Shown here: one piece after another, positions 14,205 to 25,655 of the stretch
How the letters are laid out: every line of letters starts with the position of its first letter
Numbering within the stretch: position 1 is the first letter of the stretch
Program-made: the position numbers and the translations under genes
Assembly: GCA_016748015.1 (NCBI GenBank)
Contig: JAAOMT010000282.1
Span: 228,369-292,368, forward strand
Source: Geosiphon pyriformis uo1
Taxonomy: Eukaryota > Fungi > Glomeromycota
DNA: 64,000 bases
Direction of reading: 5' to 3'
Notes under the pieces: model-generated
What the model saw: the letters and a program-made list of their open reading frames with translations, nothing else
Database searches by the model: none
What the model was told of the DNA's origin: nothing

Positions 14205-15076
14205 TGTTACTCATAGAAATATAGGAAATATATTAACATGATTATTAGCCAATTAAAAGTAGGCGTAGTAAATGTAAAATTCCAGAATTCTTCTCAGGAA
14301 TTGCAGGATTCCAAGAATTTCAGGATTCTCTGACGAGGAATTACAAGATTCCAGAATTCTAGGATTCCTCTCATAGAAATCACAAGATTCCAAAAATTCC
14401 AGGATTCCTGTTGTGAAGAATCAAGGAATTGAGAAATCTCAATTATGTATATATAGCAGTAGTGTTAGAAACAGAAAAAACAGAATTGATATGACAGAAT
14501 CCTTAATTCAGAAACACAAATTATCAAATAAATAAATATTTTATATCTCAAAACCATTCTCCACTATCAATACTTCATGTTGATAGTAATTGATACTTAA
14601 CCACGCTGGAACAATAGCTCTTGATCATGGCTATTGACAAGATACTAACATACCAAATTGCCTTGGCTTATTTTCTCTATTTTCTTATTTTATTTTTTTT
14701 ATTTTATTTTCTTTCCTTCTTTGATTTTGTTGTTGTATACTAATTGATTAAAAGATTAAGCACTGAGTTATTAACGTCAAGAATAGCCTGATAAAAGACC
14801 CAAAAATAAGGGTAGAATTTTATATATTATTGGATAGCTTACCAGAAAAGCATGACTGCCAGACTAAATTCGGCCACCACGCTGAGAAAAAAATTGGGAA
14901 AACTCTTGGGAAAATACATCTACTATCGACACTATTGAATCTCTGTTTATTATACAAAGGACTCTATCAAAACCTTCAGATACAATACTTACAGAACATC
15001 ATCAATGGAAGTAGTTTTGAGTACCAAGTTACAGGTTTGTTAATTAATTCAACAGCAGAAATAATCACCTGTAACA
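14205..15076 (+). repeat. 5' LTR of C (872 bp, U3 type II)
   Basis: TGTTAC...TGTAACA; aligns with 23484-24238; TATA-like tatatata at about 14448. Confidence 0.95.
14278..14409. repeat. U3 tandem array type II (about 39-bp units built from GGAATTCC/AGGATTCC)
   Basis: Three units of 38-40 bp present here and missing from the 3' LTR (117-bp length difference). Confidence 0.8.
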
Positions 15077-15078
15077 TT

Positions 15079-15095
15079 TAGTGCTTCCTGTGAGG
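15079..15095 (+). promoter_or_regulatory. PBS of C (T[A]GTGCTTCCTGTGAGG)
   Basis: 2 nt after the LTR; G>A change at the TGG. Confidence 0.85.
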
Positions 15096-15138
15096 TATAA
15101 TTCTACAGAGAACCAACACCAACAACACCAAACCAAAA

Positions 15139-18100
15139 GTGGCAGAATCAGAAATAATAGGGACAAACCATTTAGGATTCGCGAAATCTTTATTTCAACA
15201 GTACAGCTAGCAGTTAGGTCTAAACAACAACTATTACCCAGCAGAATCAGCTTTCAACTTCTATGTCAACGAAAAAATTACTGATTTCTTAGGAAGACCA
15301 GTTGACATTGAATCAGCAAGAGAAAATTTCTATTCAGAACTAATTCAACACACCAACTTACCAAGAAATCACAGCTTTGCACCCATCATCAGAAAAATCA
15401 ACCAAGAAATTGAAAGATATACACAAAAGACATTCCCTATTACTTATCAGGACAAGAGCAAAGGAAAACTACAGACACCAGCAGTAACACTTAAAGGAAT
15501 ACAAATTCCTAACTGGAAGAAACAAAGAATCAAATCTCTGATATATCTATTATACCATCACATGCCCAAAAGTACCATCAACATCACATTAGTAAACGCA
15601 TCCACTAGTACAAAGACACTGCTAGCAAGAATTATGTTTCAGAGTAAACAAAAAAAAAACAAACTATTAGGAACATATGGTAATTATTTTGAAGAATTTA
15701 AATCAAGATCACCAACACTATCAGGATTTCGATCACCGCCTCATTAGCCAGATTTTGGAACTATCAGTCTCTGAAAAATTACTGAATCAGAAAAAGAAGA
15801 AGATGAAAATCAGGAATTTAATTACCAAAACCCGATCCTAAAAAACCCAAACATTCAAACTCAGCAACATTTAGAAAATTCGGAAGTCGAAACTCTGAAT
15901 ATTTGAACCCCGCCAAATCAAAAAAATCAAAAACCCAAGTTAATTTATCAGCAAAACTTACCTCCAGTTATTGTCATCAATTAACTACCAATTGAGCCTA
16001 TCAGTGAGCCAATTCAACCACCTCAGGTATCATCCCAACAACCGTTATCTTTTTAACAACTTTAGCAACAGCCACCACAACCACTCAACTTAGATCCAAT
16101 GGCCTACACACCAATTTCAAAACTTGACAACTTTACCAGCGAAGAGGACGACATTCAAGTATGGCTGAATGATATAGAAAAGGCCATTACAGCCAACGGA
16201 TGGAATAACGCCTGAGCAATGTAAGCCATTCTCTACTTTCTCAAGGATATCGCCAATTCATGGTACCAGAGCTTGATTAATAAACCACAAGATTTTGATG
16301 TCTTCAAAGTAGAATTCCTAAGATACTTCAGCAACAATAACAGTATCAATCGCCTAGTCAACACATTTACTACCATGAAACAAGGAGAAACTGAAGCAAT
16401 CACCACTTACCTAGAATACTTCTATTGAAATCTGCACCAAATTCAAGCAATTAATGCCAACTACTTCACAGCACCACAAATCCTCAACCAGTTTATCCAT
16501 GGCCTGTACAGCAGCATCTTGCAACATGTATATCTGTTGCATCCAGGCACACTTCAAGACACAGTCACATGTGCCAGAGATTTTAAATCCACTGAGTCAG
16601 AGACCAACCACGCTCAAGCCATTAATCTAATAATGAACGGATCATCTAAATTGGATTCCAAATTGGAGAAGTTCAGTAAAACAATTAATAAGAGATTAGA
16701 AGGATACTTAGCTGACAATCACGCCATTTATCAGCCTCCACAATAATGCAACAATCAAGAAAACTTTACTCATGGCCAAAATCAACCATGTCTATCATCA
16801 TCAACCAATCAACAATGACAACAGGAAACACATATCTGCTACTATTGTGGTAAACAAGAACATATTCAAATCGACTGCCGCCAGCATTTAAATAACCAAT
16901 GATCAGGAAATCAATATCAAAATCCCAATCGCCAGTTCTTAATTTCGAATTATCAATCAAACTCAACACAATATCAAACTACTTACCTGCCAATAATGCA
17001 GCAATCAATTTATCCACCACCAGTATATCAAGTGCCAATTTATTAACCAACAGCCCCAATTTATCAACAACAGCCACAGGTAATGTATCAACCACAACTG
17101 CCAACAATCTATTAACCCTAAACAATTCAGACCCCACCACAAAACTTACTGGCCAGTGAAATCCAAAAGCCAAGAATCATGCAGCAAAACTGGAGATCGT
17201 CAATGGTAGTTCATCAGCCGATCCCCAGCCCATTCAGTCAAACAAAATTTTGTCAATGGAATTTGGGTGCTGGGAATCCCCAAAACCCGAATTCCCAGAA
17301 CTATTTAAGTCTCCTGGTTATTCCAGAAGACGTCTCACCCAGCAACTAGGAACCTACCCAAAAACAACAAACACATACCAGCAATATTCTGCCAGCAACA
17401 GTCACCAATGACAAATCACTGGACGCCATTTTTCTATTCGAACTCGAGGAACTGTCAAACATGCCATTATTTAGTAGAGCTACACTGAAAGAAAAGCCAA
17501 TTATTGCCATGTACACTGATATGAAAATTGATGGCCATCACATCAAACTAATTCTTGACAGTGGTTCAGCAGGCAGCATCATCACATGACAACTCATAGA
17601 TCAATTAGGTCGCCAAATTGATCGAACTGTTAGCGCCAGAATCATCACGGCTGATAGAATGACCAAAACTCTAATCGGTGAAATCGATAACTTACCAATT
17701 GAAATTAATGGCATTATAGTACTAATCAAAGTACTTGTTATGGAAGTCACTCAATACCAAGCTCTAGTTGGTAATGACTGACTGTTCAAGATGAACACCA
17801 CTCTAAACTGGAATACATAAGAGCTCCAACTCAGCCAGAACGGGTGACACACGCACGTACTAGCAACATATGGCCACTTCAAGGCTACCAGCACCACAGC
17901 ACCACTAATCAACTTCGAGGAAGAAAAACCAAAACCTACCTGGGAAGCCTACCAAGTGTTGTGGGCTGATGAAGAACACAACAAGCTGCCACCAATACTC
18001 TCTTGGGATGACAACGGGAAAAAAAAGCAGACAAACGAACTTACCTGGGAAACTGACGATCTGACTTGGAACAACGAATAAAAAGAAGTCTCCAGTTGGG

Positions 18101-21100
18101 AATAGAACAAAGATAAGGGAAAAGGAAAAAAAAAGGAAGAAGGAACACCACCAACTACCACCATTTATAATTCCTACACTCACCACACTCCACAACAATC
18201 CAATTATTGATGGCCAAGACTTGTGTGTGTCAATTGCGACAAAAAACTGTTGTCAATGGGTGCATGCTGTGGTGACGATGAGGAATACCACACCACAACA
18301 AAGTTCTACTGTCGTCCATGCTTACTCGAATGTTTTGGACGACCAAAGAGGCAAGGAAAATGGGATAGTCAACCTTGTCTCACTTGTGGGGAGACTCTGC
18401 TAGATGAAGGAATGTGGAATGACATTCTGGAGAGAAAAAGAACATGCAATGTGTTCTGCCAATACATGATCCTCATCAGCAACTGGGTCGAGAAAAAAAC
18501 ACCCATAGAAGCTATCTGAAGAAGAGCTGTATAGCGATTAGACAGTTGTCCACACAATGATAATGAATTATAGTGGATGGCAACTGCCAAAATTGAAGGC
18601 GCGTTGCCAGAAGAAATCAGAACAATTAAAAACAACCCACCAGAACCCATCGAGCTTGACTGGAATGCAGAACCAGTCATAAATTTTCTGGAACCAGAAG
18701 AGTTCTATAAACACTACCAAAACTTGGCACTCACTAAAGAAGAACAAAAACAATGCCTAGCACAATTGAATACAAGACTGTGTCACCATTGTTTAATTCC
18801 CAGTGACTTTGAATATTGTGATGATTGTGACTTCATTTACAATCCACCACCACGCATGATCTACACAATCCCCGAAGAGAAAGAACTAATCAATAGCTGT
18901 GCATTGGAGTCGGAATTGCCACTCAATCCCGATTCAAACCCCAACAACAACAATGATGAGAATAATGATTCCAGCTCTGTTCAAAACAGCAATGACAATG
19001 ACAATGATATCAACTCAGATTCAAACTCCAACCTAAGCTATGAACAATATATCGTGCTTCCTGACTTCACCAAGGAACAAGAACTGAAATGGTTCAGCAA
19101 TAATAATGAAAGTATTATGCCAGAACGCATACACGATACTGATGCAGGATTTGATCTGAAATATCTGGGAACAGAAGCCATCAAATTGGAACCACATTCA
19201 CACACTTGCATTAATCTGAAAGTAGCACTAGAAATTCTGGCAACAACAATGGTTCAATTAGCATCCAGGAGTAGTTTAGCAAAAAGAGGGATTAATATAA
19301 GAGGAGGAATAATTGATGCAGGATATGTAGGAAATATTATCACTATGCTACAAAATGACTCAGAAAAGACCTATATAATAGAGCCCAACAAAAAGATGGC
19401 ACAGGCAATATTCCTGCCTCTGGTTAGAGTAGCTTAGTTAGTATCAGTGGGAAAGAGAAAGGAATTAGGAATAACAGTGAGAGGAATACAGGGATTCGGA
19501 TCAATAGATAGAATAGATGTACCAGTTAATATGGCAGAGAAAGAAATTGTTGGCCAAGAAGAAATTATCTCAACCAGTCAAGCTATTTCTATTTTACCAT
19601 ATAACCAGTACATGCTAGCAATAGAAAGGAAGGAAAAAGACCAAGCACAAATTTTTGAAGCAAAAGCCAGTCTTTGTGAATTAAGAGAAGTTGGACTCAT
19701 CAATCTCCACATACCAGCCAAAGATTACAGTCATATCAAAATTCCCATCTACAACAATACAAAAAATGTCATAAAAATACCAGCCGGAACCATTATTGAA
19801 TACTTAAATACTAAAATAGAGGATCAACCACCAAACCCTATTCCAGACTTTCCACAACTTTGTGGATATGTTGATATCACATTACAAACAATATACGGAC
19901 AAAGTGAATGTTATTTGCTCCAACCAGAACAATTGGAACAAATGAACATGGGAAACTTAGATCCATTCCAATATATGCAACTCAAGATGTTGCTCAACCA
20001 GTTCAATGATATCTTTGCCAGCGAAAATGAGTTTGGCCAAACTGATATCATCCAGCATCAGATCAATATTGGAGATGCAATGCCCATCAAACAGCAAGCA
20101 TACAGAGTACCACCAGCCAGCCATGAAATCATCTGTCAAGAGATCAACCAGATGCTTAACAATGGGTTAATTCAGCCATCAATGAGCCCATAGTCATCAC
20201 TAGTAGTACTTGTCCAAAAGAAGAATAGAAAGATCCAATTTTGTGTGAACTACAGAAAACTAAATAGTGTAACTCGTGGAGACAGCTATTCAACTCTACA
20301 GATACAAAAACTATTCGATGCTTTTGGCGGGAACAAATGGTTTTCAACATTAGACTTGGACAGTGGTTACTGACAAGTAGCCATGGATCCAGCTGACAAA
20401 AAGAAAATGGCATTCACCATGAGAGAAGAGAATTTTGAATTTGAAGTAATGCCATTCAGTTTAACCAATGTATCAGCCACTTTCCAATGGCTAATGGAAA
20501 TTGTCTATACTGGCTTATTGTAGAAATCAGTAGTTGTATACTTAGATGACACCAACATATTCTCAAAAACATTTGATGATTATCTTCATCATCTTCAACA
20601 AGTGTTCGAAAGACTGAAAAAAGTAAGACTAAAGTTAAATGCAACAAAGTGCTTTTTTGGCAAGACAAAACTAAAATTCTTGGGACACATAGTCAGCAAA
20701 GATGGCATCAAAACGGATCCAGAGAAAATAGAGATAGTAAAGAACTTTCCAGTACCAACCAATATGACTGAATTGAAATCATTCTTGGGATTCACAAGCT
20801 ATTATCAACACTTTATAAAGAACTTTTCAAAGATAGCTCAACTGCTCAATAATTTGCAAATCAAGAATACCAAATATGAATGGACAGAAAGTCAACAAGA
20901 AGCTTTTGATATTCTGAAAAGAAAGCTCATTCAAGCTCCAGTACTGATCTACCCAGATCACAACAAACCATTCATCATTACCACTAATGCATCTGGCCAA
21001 GCATTGGGAGCAGTACTATCTCAGAAGGAACCAGACAGCAGAAAACATCCAGTAGCATATGCCAGCTGAGGTCTAACACCAGCCGAAAAGAACTATGGAA

Positions 21101-22786
21101 CACCCAAATTAGAACATTTAGCAATCTATTGGGCAGTCATGAAGTGGAATAAATACTTGAGCCAAAAGTTTGATATATACACGGATCATAAAGGGTTAAC
21201 ATCACTTCAAAAGCAAGAATTTGATAACGGCTGCCAATCCAAATAGAAAATAGCACTATCATGATATACTTATACTATACACTATAAGAAAGAAAAAGAC
21301 AATGGAAATGCCGACGGTTTGTTGTAAATGAAACAAATCTAAGAACATTTTAACACAAAAATATAACAAAACCAGAACAATAACAACAAAAATATAACAA
21401 AAGATAAACATACAAAAATATTAACAACTTCAACATTATATAAAGACTCAACAGTTCAAGGAGAATTTATCTCAAACGGAATGAAAGAGTATCAAACTAC
21501 AATCAAAATATTTTATCACTCACCAAAATATACTTTATTGGAAAAATAGAAAAGATCCAGATCAACCAATCAGAAAAATTACAGAGTCAGAAAAAGAGAC
21601 AATATTATTTAACATATACGCAGATTCAACAGCAAGACATTTTCACAAAAAAGCAACCATAGAAAGAATCAGAAAAAGATACTATTGGTTATCAATGTAT
21701 CCAGACATCATCTAATATGTTCAAAATTGTGATGCTTGTCAGCAAAGAAGAGGTATAAAACCCAGTGAACTGTTAAGATCAATCAAAGTGGGACAACCAT
21801 TTGACCGTATTGGAATTGATTTAGTCAGACCATTAACAATCACCAGCAGAAGAAACAAATACATAGCAGTAACTATGGACTATCTCACTAAATGGCCAGA
21901 GGTGAAAGCAATTCAAAGAGTGGATACAAAATCTGTTGCCGAATTCATTCATCAGGATTTGATTTGTTGACATGGATGTCCAAAAGAACTATTATCAGAC
22001 CAAGGAACTCATTTTGTAAACAGAACATTAACAGAATTGAGCCAAAGATTCGGAATCAAGAGACCATTATCATCATCATACCATCCACAAACCAATAGAT
22101 TAGTAGAAAGATTCAACAGAACATTGTGTGAAGCAATAGCTAAGCTCAGCCAAAAAAACCAGAATGATTGGGATTTGTTTATACCATCAGTACTATTTGC
22201 TTATTGGACAATAAAACAAGATACTACACAAGCAACACCATTTAAATTAGTGTATGGGAGAACAGCAACGTTACCAGTAGAAAGAGAAATTAATACATAT
22301 CCAGCTAAACCAATAACAGAAGAAAATTTTCAAGAAACATTGCTGAGAAGAACATATAACTTAATGGAAACATTGGAAAACAAACGAAGAAGAGCAGCTG
22401 ATAATATTCAAAAGTCACAAAAAAAACAGAAAAAAAAACACGATAGTCAACTACCAGACAAACCAGTTAAATTCAAGATTGGAGACAAAGTATTACTATA
22501 TCATACCAAAGTGGAAAAACAATGGAGTGGAAAATTTGACCCCAAATGGGACAGACCATTTCACATAGAAGAAATTCTAGAAAATGGAGCTTACAAATTA
22601 AGATTGGATAACAAAATTTTAACCAAAGCAGCACATAGAGATTGACTGAAACCATATCACAACATCACACTACCATTTACCAGTAATATTTCTCAATTAG
22701 GAGTACAGAGAATACTAGTCCAACCAAATGAGATTTCACGAGATCTGGAACCAATCATTATTATCAACAACAACATGTTAAATTGA
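15139..22786 (+). pseudogene. gag-pol: gag-pol of C (one frameshift near 21550); dUTPase about 19117-19503, RT YLDD 20539-20550
   Basis: DTDAGFDL, ASRSSLAKRGINIRGGIIDAGYVGNI, RGIQGFGS; LILDSGSAGSII; PFDRIGIDL; YHPQTN; KWDRPFHIEEILENGAYKL. Confidence 0.94.
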
Positions 22787-22840
22787 TTTAGCAAAAGAAT
22801 ATATAAAGACACGGTAGATGCAACAGGAAATATCAGAAAA

Positions 22841-23470
22841 ATAGAAATTACAAACAATATTTACTCACTAGCACAACAACTCTTTCAATTAATCCAACAC
22901 CAGGAAATGAAGATTACAATCAATTAACAAACCATTCGATATCAAGATACTAGAAAGACATTGCAACTCAGAACAAAGAAGAAAACTGAAAATATGGTAG
23001 ACAAAATCATTGCGAAAGTAAAATTAGCAATAAAAGAGTCAACAAAAGAAGCACTATATCAAGAGCTGACTAAAAAAACTTGGAATTGGTGGATACAACA
23101 ATTTCCAAGAAATTATTGTTACTTTTACTTGGGGCAACACATAAATATCCAGAATCTATATACAGATAAAACAAAGCAATTATTCAACAAAAGAATACTA
23201 CAACAATTAGAACATTTTGTGAGAAAGAACAACTTAGTCACACAGGCCCAAGCCATGTACCAAATACACACAGCATTTCAAAATAGACCAGAAATATTGC
23301 TTAGCAAAGCAATGGATATGGTTACCAGTAATCAATTGAGAAAGATCACCAATGCTCAATTTGAAAAATTACAGATCCAAATAACACAAGTAATTGTCGA
23401 AAACAAAATCCAGAAAATACTTTAAGAGGGGGAATTAAATGAGTTGAATTTTAATAGAGCTCAATATTAA
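22841..23470 (+). pseudogene. ORF3 of C (210 codons, unknown function; start ATG>ATA, two stops that look like CAA>TAA)
   Basis: Contains ORF-track 22961-23425; homologues sit at the same position in B, F, E and D; ends RAQY* against the PPT. Confidence 0.85.
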
Positions 23471-23480
23471 AAGGAGGGAA
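23469..23480 (+). promoter_or_regulatory. Polypurine tract of C (AAAAGGAGGGAA)
   Basis: 3 nt before the 3' LTR. Confidence 0.85.
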
Positions 23481-23483
23481 TAA

Positions 23484-24238
23484 TATTACTCATAGAAATA
23501 TAGGAAATATATTAGCATGATTATTAGCCAATTAGAAGTAGACATAGTAAATGTGGAATTTCAGGATTCCTGTTGTGAAGAATTGAGGAATTGAGGAATC
23601 TCAATTATGTATATATAGCAGTAGTGTTAGAAACAGAAAAAACAGAATCAATATGACAGAATCCTTAGCCCAGAAACACAAATCATCAAATAAATAAATA
23701 TTTCATATCTTAAAATCACTCTCCACTATCAACACTTCATGTTGATAGTAATTAATACTTAACCACACTGGAACAATAGCTCTTGATCACAGCTATTGAC
23801 AAGATACTAACGTACCAAATTGCCTTGGCTTATTTTCTCTATTTTCTTATTTTATTTTCTTTATTTTATTTTCTTTTCTTCTTTGATTTTGTTGTTGTAT
23901 ACTAATTGATTAAAAGATTAAGCACTGAGTTATTAACGTTAAGAATAGTCTGGTAAAAGATCCAGAAATAAGGTTAGGATTTTATATATTATTGGATAGC
24001 TTACCAGAAGGGCACAACTGCCAGACTAAATCTGGTCACTATACTGAGAAAAAAATTGGGAAAACTCTTGGGAAAATACATCTACTATCGACACTATTGA
24101 ATCTCTGTCCATTATACAAAAAACTCTATCAAAACCTTCAGATACAACACTTATAGAACATCATCAATGGAAGTAGTTTTGAGCACCAAGTTATGAGTTT
24201 GTTATTTAATTCAACAGCAGAAATAATCATCTGTAATA
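23484..24238 (+). repeat. 3' LTR of C (755 bp)
   Basis: T[A]TTAC...TGTAA[T]A; direct repeat of 14205-15076. Confidence 0.95.
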
Positions 24239-24242
24239 ACAA

Positions 24243-24714
24243 CAAAGACTGGTCAGACAAAATTGTTGAAAAAGTGAAACACACTTTTGAGAAGACACCC
24301 CTCATGGGTCCAACAGAGCAACTTACAAAAGAAAATTGGAAGCAATAAACAAAACAGCTTCCAATAGCATACTGTTACTATTAGTTGGGTCAAAAGTTGA
24401 ATATTTAGGAATTGTATCTTGACAAATCTAAGAGAATATTCAACCAAGACATCATATGACAAATTAAAGAATTTATTGGAAAGAAGACAAATGCAACATT
24501 ACACATCAGAACAATTTACTGACTACATGCCATATTTCAAAATTACCTTAAAATACAGTTACACCCCAACATAAAGACAATAACCATCAACCAATAGGGA
24601 AGAATAAACAATGTACAAATAGAAAACGTGAAAAATAAAGTCAAACAAACAATACTAGAAAAAGAAGTATTAGAGCTAATTTAAAATGAAGATTTCAATA
24701 GAGCTCAATATTAA
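24243..24714 (+). pseudogene. ORF3 of B, 3' half
   Basis: DWSDKIVEKVK...QLPIAYCYY*LGQKLNI*ELYLDKSKRIFN...FNRAQY* aligns with C ORF3. Confidence 0.8.
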
Positions 24715-24725
24715 GGAGGAGATAA

Positions 24726-25655
24726 TGTTACTCATAAAAAGAAAAACAGATATAGGGAAAATAGTAAACCAATTAGTGAATAGTATGTAGTATATAAGCA
24801 CATTGCTCAGCAATATAGAGCAATGATAGAAATCATGGCACATTGCTCAGCAATGTGGAGCAATATCAGAAAACATGGCACATTACTTAGCAATATAAAG
24901 TGATGTTAGAAAATTAGAGCACATTGCTTAGCAATATGAACATTGCTCAAGAAATCATAGCACATTGCTTGGAAATATGAGCAATCTCATAGAACATTAA
25001 TTATGTATATATATAGTGGTAGTGTTAGAAGTAGAAAGGGAAGAATTCTTTAGTTAGAAATCTCTCAGTCTAGATTTTATCTAAAACAACCTTTCAATTC
25101 ATAATCATCAAATAAATAATTATTTCATATCTCCATTCACTCTCCACTATCAACACTTTATGTTAATAGTAACTAATACTTAACCACACTGGACTAATAG
25201 CTCTTGATCATGTCTATTAATGGGATACTAACTTGTTCATTGCCTTGGCTTATTTTTTTATTTTCTTTTTTTTCATTTTTTTTTTCCTTATTTTGATTTT
25301 GTTGTTTACTAAACCTGATTGAGAATTAAAACACTGAGTTATTGACGTCATGGATAGCCTGGTAAAAGACCCAGAAATAAGGGTAGAATTATATATATAT
25401 TATCAGATAGCTTACCAGAAAGGCATGACTATCAGAATAAATCTGGCCACCAAGCTGAGAAAAAAATTGGGAAACAAACTTACAAAAAAACTACGAATAA
25501 TATTGTCATTGAATTTTTGTTTATTATACAAAAGACTCAACTTTAAAATCTTCAGATACAACCAACATACCAGTATCACCAGCATTGTCAAGATATTAAG
25601 CACTAAGTTACAGATTTGTTATTTGATTTGAGACCCCAAATAATCACCTGTAACA
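24726..25655 (+). repeat. 3' LTR of B (930 bp, U3 type I array about 24797-24995)
   Basis: Preceded by PPT aaggaggag; TGTTACTCA...TGTAACA. Confidence 0.93.

Larger units (their letters stand above)
14205..24238 (+). mobile_element. Full-length Ty3/Gypsy element C (10.0 kb) nested in ORF3 of B
   Basis: Paired LTRs 14205-15076 and 23484-24238, PBS, PPT, degenerate 4-bp TSD atga/acaa; B ORF3 rejoins in frame across the insertion. Confidence 0.96.
6412..25655 (+). mobile_element. Ty3/Gypsy element B (5' LTR/PBS displaced out of the window by A; interrupted by C; inserted in LINE1)
   Basis: gag-pol 6439-13959, ORF3 split at 14204/24243, PPT about 24713-24722, 3' LTR 24726-25655 followed directly by LINE ORF2 sequence. 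Confidence 0.92.

Noticed and set aside
14278-14409. Spaced repeats in the LTRs as a CRISPR array
   Set aside because: Tandem units without unique spacers, inside eukaryotic LTR U3 regions, with no cas genes
14278-14409. Heat-shock elements in U3 type II
   Set aside because: TTCnnGAA pairs occur, but I found no clean three-unit nGAAn array
14830-15081. ORFs inside the LTR U5 regions (also 5580-5816 and 25350-25631)
   Set aside because: Homologous nucleotide blocks are read in different frames in different copies, so there is no conserved protein
16899-17173. Alternative-frame and antisense ORFs over the Gln/Pro-rich gag linker (also 3367-3721, 7925-8302, 57852-58329)
   Set aside because: Expected by-products of CAA/CCA-rich low-complexity codons; boundaries are not conserved between copies
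22500-22786. Chromodomain at the integrase C-terminus
   Set aside because: Only a GPF-like motif and a short tail are present; no chromo aromatic-cage pattern
22841-23470. ORF3 as an env gene
   Set aside because: Too short; no signal peptide, furin site or TM anchor visible
25343-25350. CRE/ATF site TGACGTCA in the LTR
   Set aside because: Intact in one copy only and located downstream of the TATA region; function cannot be supported from sequence
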